Assembly (NCBI GenBank): GCA_964016885.1
Contig: OZ024760.1
Span: 13,206,001 to 13,270,000 of the forward strand
DNA from: Eledone cirrhosa
Taxonomy: Eukaryota
Direction of reading: 5' to 3'
Length of the DNA: 64,000 nucleotides
Positions 14,533-32,767 of this stretch are shown piece after piece. Within the stretch, counting starts at the first letter, position 1. The number at the start of each line of letters is the position of its first letter. The position numbers and the translations under genes are program-made. The notes below the pieces were generated by a model. That model made no database searches and had not been told where the DNA came from. It saw only the letters and a list, made by a program, of their open reading frames with translations.

Positions 14533-15584
14533 GTTAGATAAATTTGAATCGATGAAACATATTTTGTTTTCTTTTTCTTCTCCTTTTAATAATATTTGGA
14601 GGAACAATGACTGGTCTTCTTCCCTTACCCTCACCCCAACCCACCCCCGTCCCCTCATCATCCTGGCCCCACCCCCACGGAGAAGAATATCCAGACAAAA
14701 GAACAACACGGTAAAGATTATTAATCCCGATATTTCATCAAACTGATCCGATTACTACATGGTCAACACACCACCACTACTACTGCTACTACTACTACTA
14801 CCACTACTATTACTACCACCAGCACTACTACTACTGCTACTACTACTACTACCACTACTACTATTACTACCACCACCACTACTACCACTAGTACTACTAC
14901 TACCACCACCACTACTCCTACCACTATTACTACCACCACCACTACTACTACTACCACCACAACTACTGCTACTACTGCTGCTAACACCACCCCTAATACC
15001 GCCATCACCTCAAACACCCCACCATCACCACAAACACCCCCACCAGTTCCAGTACCAGTACCAGGAATGCACTGAGGGTCGATTTAATCGACTTCCCCTC
15101 CCCTAAAATTATTGACCAGTGCATTACTGGTACTTTATTTTATCGACCCCGTAAGGGTGAAAGGCAAAGTTAACCTCGGCGGGATTTGAACTCAGAATGG
15201 CAAGGGCCGTAACTCTATGCGTCAAAGCATGGTGTCAGACGCTCCACCGATTCTGCCAATCCAACTCTACATATAATGCAATACTTGTTACAACAGTTAG
15301 CTGTATGTCATGACAATAAGAAGAAAAATTAGGACAGGAAATTGCTAGCTAGATTAAGTCAAATATCAGTTGTCTCCCTTGACTGTCAATGACTGAAACG
15401 TAAATCTATTTCTATATTAAAGAGAGGTTTGCTTTGCCTTTCATCCTTACGGGGTCGATAAAATAAAGTACCAGTAATGTACTGGAGTTGATCTAATCGA
15501 CTTCCCCTCCCTCAAATTGTTGGCTTTGTGCCTAAATCAGAAACCATTATTATATTCACACCTTTGGTATATAGGAGACTGTAT

Positions 15585-15634
<50 letters not shown>

Positions 15635-15641
15635 TTACATA

Positions 15642-15678
<37 letters not shown>

Positions 15679-15687
15679 TTACATACT

Positions 15688-15742
<55 letters not shown>

Positions 15743-16218
15743 TTACATATATATATATATACATTTATACAAACATATCCATATATATATATCCATATAT
15801 AAATACATACACACACACAATATATACATATATGTGTGTGATGGATGTTGAACTTAGATCTGCCTAGTCATTGGACTAAGCAACACCCTCACCACCTCCT
15901 CCACCACCACAACCACCACCTCCTCCACCACCACTGCCACAACAACAACAATAGCATCTTCCCCACCACCACTGCCTCAACAACAACAACAACAACACCT
16001 TCCCCACCACCACCACCACCTCCACCACCACTGCCACAACAACAACAACAACAATAACACCTTCCCCACGACCACCTCCTCCACCAATTTAGTAAATTTT
16101 CTGCTTTTTTTAGTCACAACAAAGGAATGTCTGTAAGTTCTACACCATACCGACCTCCCCTGCCACTTCTTGATATCTCTTCACACTCATAACATGATGA
16201 TTAACTGTAGCAGTAGCT

Positions 16219-16830
16219 ACAACACCACTACCAACACTACAATACAACACCACTATACCACTACCAACACTACAATACAATACCACAACACCACTATACC
16301 ACTACCAACACTACAATACAACACCACAACACCACTACCAACACTACAATACAACACCACTATACCACTACCAACACTACAATACAACACCACAACACCA
16401 CTACCAACACTACAATACAACACCACAACACCACTACCAACACTACAATACAACACCACTATACCACTACCAACACTACAATACAACACCACAACACCAC
16501 TATACCACTACCAACACTACAATACAACACCACAACACCACTACCAACACTACAATACAACACCACAACACCACTATACCACTACCAACACTAGAATACA
16601 ACACCACAATACCACTATACCACTACCAACACTAGAATACAACACCACAACACCACTATACCACTACCAACACTACAATACAACACCACAACACCACTAC
16701 CAACACTACAATACAACACCACAACACCACTATACCACTACCAACACTAGAATACAACACCACAACACCACTATACCACTACCAACACTAGAATACAACA
16801 CCACAACACCACTATACCACTACCAACACC
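16219..16830. repeat. C/A-rich minisatellite (33/41-bp units)
   Basis: CAACACTACAATACAACACCACAACACCACTATACCACTAC variants. Confidence 0.9.
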
Positions 16831-17792
16831 ACCATACTACTGTAACAGATGTTGTTATACTTTGGGAAGGTCATGCTGCCAATGGTGTAGGACAAAACAA
16901 AGGAAAGACGCAAAATAATAAATTAGTCCCCGGGGAAGTCACAGAATGTGTGATGAAAGAACTTTGACAATTAATATACAACTATCCGGTTGGATGGATG
17001 GGTGGGTGTTTGGATGGATGGGTTAAGGGTGGGTGGGTATATAGATGGATTATATTTATCTATGGTTGGATAGCAGATAAGAAACACCGTAACAACATGA
17101 AAAAAACACCACATCAACTGTTGATGGAGATATATGATGGTGTGGGGTTTATGTGGGTGACTGAGGCCCCTACTTTTCTGTTTCCGAAATGAGTGGGGGA
17201 GAGGTCTTTCAGAATCTCACCCAGCCCACCATGGGCCTTAGTCTACACTATATATTCTTCTAAACCCAGTTCCACCACCGACACCTCCGACAAAACTGCA
17301 ACAAAAACTGCAAAGTTGCCCCTAGCAACAACAATAACAGAAACAACAAAAGCGCCACAACCAACACCACCACACCACCAACAACCCCACGACACCACCA
17401 CCAAAAACAACAACACAAACAACATCACCACCACACCAGAAGCAACACCAATAACACCACCTACACCACCACCACCACCTACACCACCACCACCACCAAC
17501 ACCACCAACACCAATAACAACACCAACACCACCACCAACAATAACAACACCAACACCACCACCAACAACAACAATAGATTTATCTTCATCACCAGCAAAG
17601 TTAACTGGTAGTCGCTGGGGAGTAAGTAATATTTCCCCCCCCCCCTCGCTCCAGGAAACATCGTTTCCAAGCAGGATGGAGCCAGTAGTGTTATATATAT
17701 ACACACATATATATATATACACACACACACACATATATATATATATACTATATATATATATATATATACACACACATATATATATATATATA

Positions 17793-17867
<75 letters not shown>

Positions 17868-18023
17868 TATATATATACACATATATATATATATATATTC
17901 TATATATATATACTATATATATATATATATATATATTCTATATATATATATACTATATATATATATATATCACACACACACCTTAAAGTATGTACAAAAT
18001 AGTTTTCTCAAACGATATGTAGT

Positions 18024-18093
<70 letters not shown>

Positions 18094-19001
18094 TGTACAC
18101 ACACCTGGGTATATACAGTAGTGTATATACCCAGTTATATAGTTGTTTAAATACAATTATAACAACAAGAGTATCTGTTAGAATCCCAGCACTATTCACA
18201 ATACCAACAACGTTTTGGTGAGAACGTGGAAATGTCCTACTCCTAATCTATATTATAATAAGAGCGTGGTCTGTCCGTCCGTCCGCCACGCTCACGTTTG
18301 ATAATGTTGTCCCAGATATACTTGAGGCAATATCAGATAATCTAGTCCGTTTGATAATGTGGACCCAGATAATGTAGTCCTAGATATACGCGTTCGAAGT
18401 TGACATTAGGCTAAACAACAACAACAACAACAATAATAACAACAAAATAACATTAGCAATACAAACTTTAAATATGTGATTGATTTGTCAAACTAGTTTT
18501 CCCTCTCACTTCTTCATCTTCCTGCTCGTCCTTCTCCTCCTCTTCCGGCTCTTCCTCCTCCTCCATTCTTACGAAACTCAGAGAGCGAGAGCGAGAGAGA
18601 AATAAATCAAGATGGCTTCTCACCCAAAGTTGACCAGAGCAGACGACAGTTGACAATTGCATTGGATGATTGTTGCTTCCAGATGTTTCGGAGAAGAAAA
18701 ACTGAAGAGAAAATATTAGTTTCGTTCGGCTCTCTTCACCTCTTCCAATATTCTCCTAGATGACAGACTGACAACCAGGTGAACCAAGATGGCTTCTAAT
18801 CATCCAGTGTTTACGATAAACAGACGACATTTTTGACAAATATTTGAAATAACTCGACTTTCGTGATGTGCGAAAGGGAATTGTATCTTCGCATAAAACA
18901 TACGTGTGTATATATATCTACATTGAATTCTACAGAAATAGATGTTATAAGTTTGTTGCTTTGTTTTTTAATGAAATCTAAAAATAAACTTAAACATATA
19001 T

Positions 19002-19065
<64 letters not shown>

Positions 19066-19470
19066 TAAATTTATAATTCCATTAATATACACATCTATAG
19101 ATATACACACATAAACACTCAGTTTCCTGTGTGGAGGCCTTTGTTGTGAAGTTCCACAGTAGAGAGGGGGAGAGGGAGAGGGAGAAAGGAAGAGAAAAAG
19201 AAAAGAAACAAACAAGGAATAGGGAAAGAGGGAGAGAGAGCGAGAGAAAGAGAGAGAGATTATAAATGAATAGATAAAATAGATAAAAAGAAAGAAGCGT
19301 ATTTTGAACAGACAGACAAGACAGGCGGACAGACAGACAGAAAGATGGTCAGACAGACAGACAGACAGGCGGACAGAGAGAAAGACAGTCAGTCAGACAG
19401 ACAGGCGGACAGAGAGAAAGACAGACTAACAGACAGACAGACAGGCAGAGAGAAAGACAGTGAGATGTAA

Positions 19471-20397
<927 letters not shown>

Positions 20398-20620
20398 TAG
20401 TCTTTGTTGTTGTTCTCATGTTGTGTGAGTGTGAGTGTGAGTGTGAATCCCACCTTCCTCTTTCTCGTGTTATGAAGATAAGATGAGATTAGAAATGAAA
20501 CTCCGAGTGGCCACTGAGTGACACTCAAAGTACTCGCTGAGTTACACTCAAAGTGGCCGATGAGTGGCACTCAGAAAAACTCTAAGTTGTCTCACATTCC
20601 AATGAATCAATAAATGATCA

Positions 20621-20663
<43 letters not shown>

Positions 20664-21491
20664 GTGTGTGTGTGTATAATTATTCAGACCTGTCAACTCT
20701 CCCCGACCGACGGAATTGCTTTCATTATGTAAAAATCTTCCCATTTTTGCCTCATTTCTTTCATGGTACACCCCGTTTGTGTTTTTAGAGGTTGACAGGT
20801 CTGATAGATATGTGTATATATATATATATATAGAGAGAGAGAGATATGATAAATGCATAAGGGGCTACGCAGTTAGACTGAATCTAAAACCACGTGTTTA
20901 CAAAAACTCTTTAACTACACAGACATACCTGTACTTGGTTTCATTTTCGTCTCTCTCTCTCTCACTCTCTGGTCTCAAATAATCGTCTTACCACCGCACC
21001 CCCAACTTATTCATTTTTCACTCCCGTGACTTAGTTAGTTGGATCTGAATGTCTGATAAAAGTAAAATAAATAAATAAAAATGTTTAAGATGCTACGCAG
21101 TTTGACCACCAAACTGGAAACCTTACGATTGTAAAGAGAATTTCTTTAACTACTCCGCCATGATTCTTTTGAAGATTAAATAATTCGGACACACTATCCG
21201 TATCAGATATTTAAATGCTTCGTTTACGATTTCGTGATTTCAAAAGAGATTTCTGGTCAGGAATGTTTAAATCGTGAGAAATTATGAAACATTTGAGGTC
21301 AAATAATGTGGCAGGACAAGGTTTGGTTAGCAATAATTTTAAATAGAGATTAGATTGAGCTGCAGATCAACGTCAGATTTACTTTTGGGTTAATTCAGAA
21401 GAGGAAAAGTGATCTTAAAGTAAATTTCAAGCATCGTTAATACATTACTGGAATCCGGTTTACCGATTCCGTACGGAGGAAAACACGCACA

Positions 21492-21567
<76 letters not shown>

Positions 21568-21767
21568 CGCTTCTTTCTTTTTATCTTTTTTATATATAAA
21601 TGAATATATATATATGCATATGTATATATATATATTCATTTATGTTTAGTGGTTCAAAACTGGATAAAATTGGTCATTCCGTTTCGTTAACCATGATGGT
21701 AGGGAAAGCATTCTACGTTATGTAACTCATCCATCATTGAGGTTGAATCTTGTTTTAATCAAACCAA

Positions 21768-21826
<59 letters not shown>

Positions 21827-22741
21827 AAATGCGGTCGTCTCGACGTAAATGACTTTAACAATAGTCGACCACAGTAATAAGCAATACACACACACAATAT
21901 ATATATATATTTATACACATACATACACACACACTATATATATATATCAATCTATCTGTCCTCCAGCTATGTCGGTCTTGCTTACGTGATGTGCTTTGTT
22001 TTGTTTTTTTCTAATATATTTTCGTTTGTATTAAGAAGACACTACACCATTTGTTGTACCCAGCCTCTCAATGTTTATCAGACATATTTCTAAGTCTTAC
22101 ACTAAACCATTTGTCTCTACTGCCTTGCTATGCTCTGTTCTCTAATTTGGGGCATATTTCAAACTCATGGAATCTTAACTATTTGTTTGTTTGGATTTAA
22201 CCAACCGAAATCCTTTATTATTTCGATTTTATAGGGATTGTTTCCGTTTCATAGGGATTTTTTCTGTTTTATAGCGATTATTTCGATTTTATAGGGATTA
22301 TTTCGGTTTTATAGCGATTATTTCGGTTTTATAGGGATTATTTCGGTTTTTTAGGGATTGTTTCGATTTTTCAATCCCCATATTTTGATTGTCATTATTT
22401 TTAGAATATATATATATTATTTTTTATCATTTATTTTGTTTTGACCTGTTTAGCTTGATTTGGATTTTGGCTTGGGTGGTTAATGCCTTCTTGACCACCT
22501 TTTCAGTTTTGTATGGCTTCTTAACACATTGTTTAGCTCTGGTTTTTAACTATTGAGCACTTTGCCAGTATCATTTCTGATTTTTGCGTTTCGCTTCGCT
22601 TTTCCTGCCCGCCGAAATGCGATTCTCGCTGAATCTTTATTTGTATATATATATATATACCTTTGCCAGGTAGTGCTATTAAGATAGACATGACCTGGGC
22701 CAATACTGGCAGTAACCTGTCAAAATTATCAAAGTTATATA

Positions 22742-23008
22742 AGCTAGCTACGAGCTATATGTTAGCTAGTTACCAGCTATATATTAGCTAGTTACCAGCT
22801 ATATATTAGCTAGTTAACAGCTATATATTAGCTAGTTACCAGCTATATATTAGCTAGTTACCAGCTATATATTAGCTAGTTACCAGCTATATGTTAGCTA
22901 GTTACCAGCTATATATTAGCTAGTTACCAGCTATATATTAGCTAGCTACGAGCTATATGTTAGCTAGTTACCAGCTATATATTAGCTAGTTACCAGCTAT
23001 ATATTAGC
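22742..23008. repeat. 22-bp minisatellite
   Basis: Unit TTAGCTAGTTACCAGCTATATA, about 12 copies. Confidence 0.93.
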
Positions 23009-23362
23009 CAGGTAGTAACTGGCTATTATCATACAATAAAAAATGTCTAATATACAGCAGAAAAAAAAACGGGTGTCGGCTCCTAATTTATTTTCTTTGT
23101 TTTTAATGTTTTATTTCAGGTTTTTTATAAATTTTATTTTCATATATATAATTACTTTTTCATTTCTTCATATATTTTACTATATATTTTTTCTTTTTGT
23201 TGTTTTTACTTTGAAGAATTGTCTGGAATATTTGAACAACTCTTCTGAGAAATATAATGATGGAGCTGGTTTTTTGTTTTGTTTTATCACTTAGAGAACA
23301 TTCTAATTGCCATGTTTATTATATGTGTGTGCGTGTGTGTGTGTGTATGTGTGTGTGTGTGC

Positions 23363-23397
<35 letters not shown>

Positions 23398-23570
23398 CGG
23401 TGGGGGTGTAATGAGAATTACATTTACGTATTGTTGGGTATATTATATTTGTGGGAGGGCTATGTAATGTTTGCCAACGTAGAGTTGGCCTTAATGAAAT
23501 CATCAACAGATGGTCTTTATGTAGGAAACAGAAAAATAATCTCTACATCCACCATCGACATCTGTGTGTA

Positions 23571-24924
23571 CATCTGTGCTATATGTATTACTACTAAATC
23601 TCTACATCTGTGCTATATGTATTACTACTAAATCTCTACATCTGTGCTGTATGTATTACTACTAAATCTCTACATCTGTGCTGTATGTATTACTACTAAA
23701 TCTGTACATCTGTGCTATATGTATTACTACTAAATCTCTACATCTGTACTGTATGTATTACTACTAAATCTCTACATCTGTGCTGTATGTATTACTACTA
23801 AATCTCTACATCTGTGCTATATGTATTACTACTAAATCTCTACATCTGTGCTGTATGTATTACTACTAAATCTCTACATCTGTGCTATATGTATTACTAC
23901 TAAATCTGTACATCTGTGCTATATGTATTACTACTAAATCTGTACATCTGTGCTATATGTATTACTACTAAATCTCTACATCTGTGCTGTATGTATTACT
24001 ACTAAATCTCTACATCTGTGCTGTATGTATTACTACTAAATCTCTACATCTGTGCTGTATGTATTACTACTAAATCTCTACATCTGTGCTGTATGTATTA
24101 CTACTAAATCTCTACATCTGTGCTGTATGTATTACTACTAAATCTCTACATCTGTGCTGTATGTATTACTACTAAATCTCTACATCTGTGCTGTATCTAT
24201 TACTACTAAATCTCTACATCTGTGCTGTATGTATTACTACTAAATCTGTACATCTGTACTGTATGTATTACTACTAAATCTGTACATCTGTGCTGTATGT
24301 ATTACTACTAAATCTGTACATCTGTGCTGTATGTATTACTACTAAATCTCTACATCTGTGCTGTATGTATTACTACTAAATCTCTACATCTGTGCTGTAT
24401 TTATTACTACTAAATCTCTACATCTGTGCTGTATGTATTACTACTAAATCTCTACATCTGTGCTGTATGTATTACTACTAAATCTGTACATCTGTACTGT
24501 ATGTATTACCACTGAATCTGTACATCTGTGCTGTATGTATTACTACTAAATCTCTACATCTGTGCTGTATGTATTACTACTAAATCTCTACATCTGTGCT
24601 GTATGTATTACTACTAAATCTCTACATCTGTGCTGTATGTATTACTACTAAATCTTTACATCTGTGCTGTATGTATTACTATTAAATCTCTACATCTGTG
24701 CTGTATGTATTACTACTAAATCTCTACATCTGTGCTGTATGTATTACTACTAAATCTCTACATCTGTGCTGTATGTATTACTACTAAATCTCTACATCTG
24801 TGCTGTATGTATTACTACTAAATCTCTACATCTGTGCTGTATGTATTACTACTAAATCTCTACATCTGTGCTGTATGTATTACTACTAAATCTCTACATC
24901 TGTGCTGTATGTATTACTACTAAA
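23571..24924. repeat. 34-bp minisatellite, about 40 copies (calmodulin-like intron 3)
   Basis: Unit CATCTGTGCTGTATGTATTACTACTAAATCTCTA. Confidence 0.97.
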
Positions 24925-25210
24925 CCGCATGGCTAAATTGTTAAGAAGGTGGCTTCGCAATTATAAGATACCAGATACGATCCCACTACTTGGTATTTTG
25001 AAGGGCAAGTGTTATATATGTGGAGACATGTGGCCTAGTGGTAAGGGTGTTGGACTAACGATCATAATGTTGTGGGTTCAATTCCTGGGCTGGATTGTAT
25101 GATGTGTTCTTGAGCAAAACACTTCATTTCACATTGCTCCAGCATACTTAGCTGAAAATGAGTACCAGTAATAGCTGGGGGTTTAACCCTGCGATGGACT
25201 TTATATATAA

Positions 25211-25486
<276 letters not shown>

Positions 25487-25845
25487 TAGATATTGTTTTA
25501 TCTGGAGTTAATATTGGTAGTTATTGCTACAATGTGTGACGTAGCTGGACTAGTTAGCATGTACATAGACATGCATACACACATACTTGCATACACAGAT
25601 ATAGATAGTGAGAAAGCACAAGGGTGAGAGAAAGTGTATTATATAAAAAGGAAGGGTCGTTGGAACAACAGATGGAAAGGGTGACAGAGAGAAGAGGAGA
25701 GGGGGAGAAAGAGAGAAAGGAAAGGGTAAGATAGAGAACAAAAGAAGGAGAAAGAGGGGGAGAGAGAGAGAGAGAATTAAATATACAAATAAACAGACAG
25801 ACTTAAATGATTTGGCATAGAACCACAATATGGAGTTGGTGGACT

Positions 25846-25881
<36 letters not shown>

Positions 25882-26107
25882 ATATGTATGTATATATGTA
25901 TGTATATATGTATGTATATATGTATGTATATATGTATATATGTATGTCCACATATGCACATATATACATATGCACACATACATACATATGTACACACACA
26001 TACATATATACGCATACATATATACACACATACATACACAAATACACTCACACATAAACACATACGCAAACGTACACGCACACACATAAACATACACACA
26101 TGCATAT

Positions 26108-26187
<80 letters not shown>

Positions 26188-27047
26188 TCGTGGCATAATA
26201 AATGTTAAGTTTTTCAATTATAACACATTACGTATAAAGTGTGTATATACATATATATACTTATACACATATATATATATACCCTCGCTCAAACACACAC
26301 ACTCTATATACACACAGACATGCTGGCAAGTCTGTTTTCTAGTTTAATATTATACAAAATTTTGTGAAATTCTCTAATGCCGCCCACGGTTAGCGCAAGT
26401 AATTAGTGTTGTGTGTGTTTAAATATTCAATACGAAGGAAAAAACGATGTATTAACCGTGTTGTCTACCGCACAGGTGGCCATCTTCGGAGAAGAATTTG
26501 AATATTTCGTTCTGTAGTAATACTGCAAGACGGCCAGTCGGTAAAAAGTAATTTAATTATTTAGCTACGTGCTAAATAATATTGTGACCCAGTTAGGTGT
26601 GTTCAGTGTCGCTTGATCGTCTAGAAATAGTAGCCAAACCTCCCTCACAGAACATATTATTGTCTTTAAAAAGATGTATTACAGTTGGTGTTGTTTTTTT
26701 GTTTTTTTTTTCTGTGTTAATGGTGATGGTGGTTGTAGTAGTAGTGGTGGTGGTTGTTGTTGTGGTAGAGGTGGTGGTTGTCGTGGTAGAGGTGGTGGCA
26801 GTGACAGTGGTTTTGGTTTTGGTATTTGTATAGGCAGAGGTGATGGTTGTGACAACACAAACAACAACATCACCTCCACCATCACCACCACCTCCACCAC
26901 AACAAACAACAATACAAACAATAACAACACCAACAAATTCTCTCATCACGTGACTCATTAATTTAGTTCTAATATATACATTTCTTCCTCTCTTTCTCTC
27001 TCTTTCCCTCTCTCTCTTTCTTTCTCTTTTTCTATGTTTCCTTTCAG

Positions 27048-27094
27048 ATTTTATGGGGTTTGCCGCTTCTGTGCTCATGATAACATCAGAATGA
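27048..27094 (+). CDS. Candidate alternative (proximal) terminal exon of calmodulin-like gene: D-FMGFAASVLMITSE*
   Basis: Very long pyrimidine tract ending CTTTCAG; phase-1 compatible; gives VNYE-DF keeping the conserved Phe; AATAAA at 27608 and 28325. Confidence 0.5.
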
Positions 27095-27671
27095 CGTGGG
27101 ACAGTCAACCTTTGGCCTCGGTTGAGGCCTTAAAGAAACTATAAGAAAACCACACACATACACACTCACACACACACATACACACACATACACTCACACA
27201 CACAGACACATATACAAACACACACAAGGACACAGACACTCACACACACACACACATACACACTCACACACACACACATACACACACATACACTCACACA
27301 CACACACATATACAAACACACACAAGGACACAGACATACACACACACATACACACACACATACACACACACAAACACACACACAAACACACACACACACA
27401 AATACAGACAGAAAAGAAAAAAAACTTATCCGACATTTTTATTTTGAGAAACATCATTAACTGTGCTAAATATATATTATTATGTAAACACGCATGGATA
27501 ATATATAAGTCACTAATATATTAAATATACATACATGCATACATTTGTATATATGTGTGTATGTTTGTGTGTGTGTGTGTGAGAGAGAGAGTGTGTGTGT
27601 GTGTGTAAATAAATATATATTATATAAATGTATACATATATGTATATCCAAGTTACACCCCCTGGATATAT

Positions 27672-27716
<45 letters not shown>

Positions 27717-28248
27717 ACTGGGGATGGGACATCTCCCCCCTCCTCCCAAGTAATTATATTTTTCCCCTCAAACTACCAAAACACATCTATTTGTATATGC
27801 GCCACAAATTATTTACAAGATATGCAGAGATAAATGAGATAGATAAAGAGAGGGGGAGAGTTTGGGAGTAATTGATATAGAGAGGGGGAGAGTTTGGTGG
27901 TAATTGATATAGAAAGGGGTAGAGTTTGGTGTTAATTGATATAGAGAGGGGTACTGGAAGAGAGTTCCGTGTAGTAGATATAGAGAGGGGCGAGAGTTTG
28001 AGGGTAATTGATATAGAGAGGGAGATTGGAAGAGAGTTCCGTGTAGTAGTGTGTTTGTAGTTTCTCCCCAAACTACCAAACCACATCTATTTGTATATTT
28101 CCTACCATTTATGTACATGTTATGTTTATCACATATCGAAGATTTCTGACCATTTTAAAGTGCAAAGAGCTAAACTAATCACTACAACTAAATTGACCAA
28201 ATTTTGTCCCATCCTCCCACCCAATTTAAATATGCTTCCACCGCCTGT

Positions 28249-28286
<38 letters not shown>

Positions 28287-28408
28287 CATGCTTACATTTA
28301 TGTATCAGTTGTACTAGAGCGAGAAATAAAATTCTAATTTTATATATATATATATATATATACAAATCTAAATGTATCTATATAAAATACACACTTACAC
28401 ACATACAT

Positions 28409-28459
<51 letters not shown>

Positions 28460-28835
28460 TACATAGAAGCACACATATGCAAACACATTATGAAGATTTC
28501 GGAAAGTATTTAAAACATTTACCAAACCTATTTGCCGTGTTTCCATTTCCACCTGTGTATCTTTGGTTGTTTTCTGCTCCAATGTCGGTGAAGTTTGTCA
28601 ATCTCATCCCTATTGTCTGCTTCAGTTATTTTTTTTTCTTTCTTTCTATGATTTCTAAAGATACGAGGAATTATTTGCATATTTTAATCCTTGGTATGCA
28701 TTCATACATTTCTGCTGTGCTGTCTCCATAAACTCTACCTACAGTCTTTCGTAACCCTTTGGTATTTCAATATATATTTATATGTTTATCTATCTATCCA
28801 TCTACATATTTACATATGTGGGTGTGTACATATGT

Positions 28836-28882
<47 letters not shown>

Positions 28883-29833
28883 TATATACGCTTGTTTTTT
28901 AATTTTGTATATTTATATACACTGAATGAAGGAGTACTGATTGTGAAGTCAAAATATATATATATATATATAAGCGTGGAAGATGGACGTTAAACGATGA
29001 TGATGATATATATAAAGAAAATGTATCTATATATATACACATTATATATATTTATATATATATATATATATAATGTATATAAGAGCGAATGATGATTAAA
29101 ATGAAAGCGAATGATAAGTTTCATTCCTCAGCTACCCTTTGGTGTCTAAGTGGATTCAACATATGAATAGTTTTGATAGATCCAGTGAAATGAATGGCAA
29201 GGATCTCTAGACAATAGCTGATCAAGGGATTTCTGTCTGTTTTATTCCTTTTTGTTCTTTTCCGTTATTTTTCTTAATATTTCGGCGGTGAATCCCATTT
29301 TTCACCGCTCCTCATATCCAATAATACTGAGCTCGAATGTTGTTTCTTCTAGAAATATAGGCAATCAATATTTATCAGTGATGATGTTGCTACTGTTGTT
29401 GTTATTGTTGCTGCAGTTGCTGCTGCTGTTATTTTTAGTCAGAAGAGGAACGCCAATGCCCAATACCTTTTTTTAGGGCTTCCCAGGCTGGTTTTTAAAA
29501 AAATATTTCTCTGTGTTTTTATTTTTATATTTTTATATTAATGGATTGGTTTAAAGAAAACGGGATATGTGCCCATGGCGTACGCAGGCCGTCCGAGACC
29601 GGTGACAATCAAGCGGTTAAATTTCCCTTGTTTTGTGTTGGCAGAATTGTTAGAGCGTCCAACACAATGCTTTGTTCTGGCTCTTTACATTCTGAGTTTA
29701 AAATTCCACCAAGGTCAACTTTGCCTTTCATCCTTACAAGATCGATAAAATAAAGTACCAGTCAAGTACTGGAGTCGATTTAATCGACTTTCCCCCTCGC
29801 CCAAATTGCTGGCCTTGTGCCTATATAAGAAAC

Positions 29834-29890
<57 letters not shown>

Positions 29891-30028
29891 GCCGTTACAG
29901 TTATTGTTATCAGAGTTACATTTCACTGTTTTTGGTTGGAGCAATACTTCTATATTTCTTTCTTAAACAACAGCTAAGTGTATCTTGGAGAACATTGATA
30001 GAAATGTACAGTTTCACAAAAATTGTAC

Positions 30029-30077
<49 letters not shown>

Positions 30078-30095
30078 GAGAGACAGATGTGTATG

Positions 30096-30134
<39 letters not shown>

Positions 30135-30278
30135 ACATATATATATATGCATATATATATATATATATATATATATGATATATATACTACTATTAATATT
30201 TTTAATATTATTAATTTCATATATTTTTTTTACTTTGGCAAAACTGTTTCTGTTACTGTAGTTGTTGTTATATATCTC

Positions 30279-30323
<45 letters not shown>

Positions 30324-30576
30324 TTGGTATGATGCAGGCTTATCATTGTTATTGATAAAAATAGGATTTTTTCTGGGTTGTAAAATTAATATTCTTAATG
30401 TACATTGATATGAAAAAGTAGTCTATTTGTTTGTGTATATATATATATAATAATAATAATAAAAGGACGATTTGTTATGTCTCCATTACGTTTATTGATT
30501 GGTGACGCGTGTTACACTATTGATCATATATATATATATACATTTGTGTGTGGGTGTGTATGTATATATATATATA

Positions 30577-30616
<40 letters not shown>

Positions 30617-30767
30617 AATTACTAGATTGGAATTTTGCATTACAAAAGAATGAACCCCTGATATGTAAAGATGGAGGTAAGCTATTATAAGTATTACAAT
30701 ACACGGTTTTAGATGGATACTTAGGTACTAGTAGTTTCATAAGTAGTGTTGTTAGAGGTACACATCT

Positions 30768-30808
<41 letters not shown>

Positions 30809-31048
30809 GTGTGTTGGGAAGATTTGTTCCTTTATCGCTGATAACTAGGAAGCTACTAGTACCCCAAAACAACTGAAACCGTGTATTAATACACACACAC
30901 ACACACATATATATATATAATTTTGTTTATGAAACTTTTCTATATATATACTGATATGTATAAATGGGCATTTTCATTGTAAATATATTATCTTGCTTAA
31001 AAGTAAAAGATTTCTACATTTATACACGAAGATTTGTTATTAATTGCG

Positions 31049-31122
<74 letters not shown>

Positions 31123-32767
31123 CCACACATCTATAATATCTTTACATATATATATATGAGAATATGCCTAAACACACACACACACACTCACACACATATA
31201 TATAGGTGTGTGTATATGTAATTGGCATGTATATATGTAATTATTTATTCAATATGTGTATGTTTTTAACATATATATATATCGTACGAATATTTCTATA
31301 TTTTTCCTTAATATATTTTCATATTGTTTTTATATGAAATAGGATGTACATACACTTCCAAACACACACACACACATTAATATTTAAATATAGAGACATC
31401 CCTTTTATGGATATAAACTAATAATTTAAGAAATACGAGAAGGCTATACTGGGTCTCGAACCCACATCTCTTGTCTTTACATCGGTGTAATTACCACGCA
31501 ACCATATTTAATTTAAAATATCTCCATTCATAATTTAATGACAAAATCTTGAAACATGCACTTTCCCTGTTTTATATCTGTACATGCGCATTTTATGCTA
31601 TGCAAATGGCGCTTGTGTTCTTCTGACCAAGAGCAGTGGACTTCATTGAATGTATTCAGTTCTTTTTTTAAGTCTGTTACAGGTGCAAAATCCTTTATTA
31701 AAAATTCCAAAATTGAAATGGGGGTACGCAGGGTGAAGGCATCCCCTTAATTTTCAGTTTTCCTGGAAGGTGTGTGTGTGATTATAATATCTAGCTACAC
31801 CCTTTCTCGTTCCCAACCCCAGCCATACTGCCCTGGCATATCCTTAATTTCTATAGGGAAAAAAAGACGTTTCTATCGCTGGATACAATGGCTATTGAAC
31901 AATAAAACAACTTGTTTCTTTAACCAATCTATCGGTATACTTCTAATGAAACATACTGCCAATATGTTTCATTTTATTTTTTAAATAATCAAAAATTTGG
32001 ACAAATTTAATAAAATAAAATTTTCATTAGCAAGCTGATGTTTCAAACATTATTTAACAATTTTTTTAAAGATAAAATTATTATAAATATAAAATATTTT
32101 AATATTCTGAATGAACATTTTTAAATGAGAAATTTTGTATCATAAAACTGGATCTGTTTCGGATGGTTTGGTATCAAATTGAAGGAGTTAGTACTCATCT
32201 CATCATAATGTGGTTCTTTTATTAGCCTAAAGTAGGCTCAAACCACAATGATGAGTGAGTTATTGCTTGGTTCATCAAAGATGTTCTCATATCAGCCTGA
32301 AGCAGGCTCAAACCATATGAGCGATGAACGAAATATTGCTCGTCTCATCATAAAAAAGAACTTGTTCTCTTATTTGTAGACCTGTCAATTCTCTCCATCA
32401 GACAGGGAGATCTCTCACCAATTTTGGGGTGGGTGAGAGATGTCTTCTCTTATAACAATGGGTATAAATTTCATTATGTAGAATCTCCCCAATTTAGGGC
32501 ACTGTTTTTCATGGTACTCTCAGTTTTGGGGTTTTCAGAGGTTAACAGGCCTGTATTTACCTGAAGCATGCTCAAACAATATGAGAATGTATGATGTGAT
32601 TAAGACAATAACAGGTAAAAAGGCAGATACCAATAAAAAAACAAAACCTTTATAGTATGAAGTACATTTCGTTAAATAAGCAGAGAAGATCAGTAATACA
32701 GGTAAGCGAGAGACAAAGAAGAAATGTTAAAAAATATCAACTCTTCCTATATTATTGTTATTATTAT

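Noticed and set aside
21960-22640. Possible PLE N-terminal coding remnant
   Set aside because: Too degenerate to support without a profile search.
31528-31910. Non-repetitive stretch with a 60-aa minus ORF
   Set aside because: No recognisable motif and stops upstream; possibly a decayed transposon.
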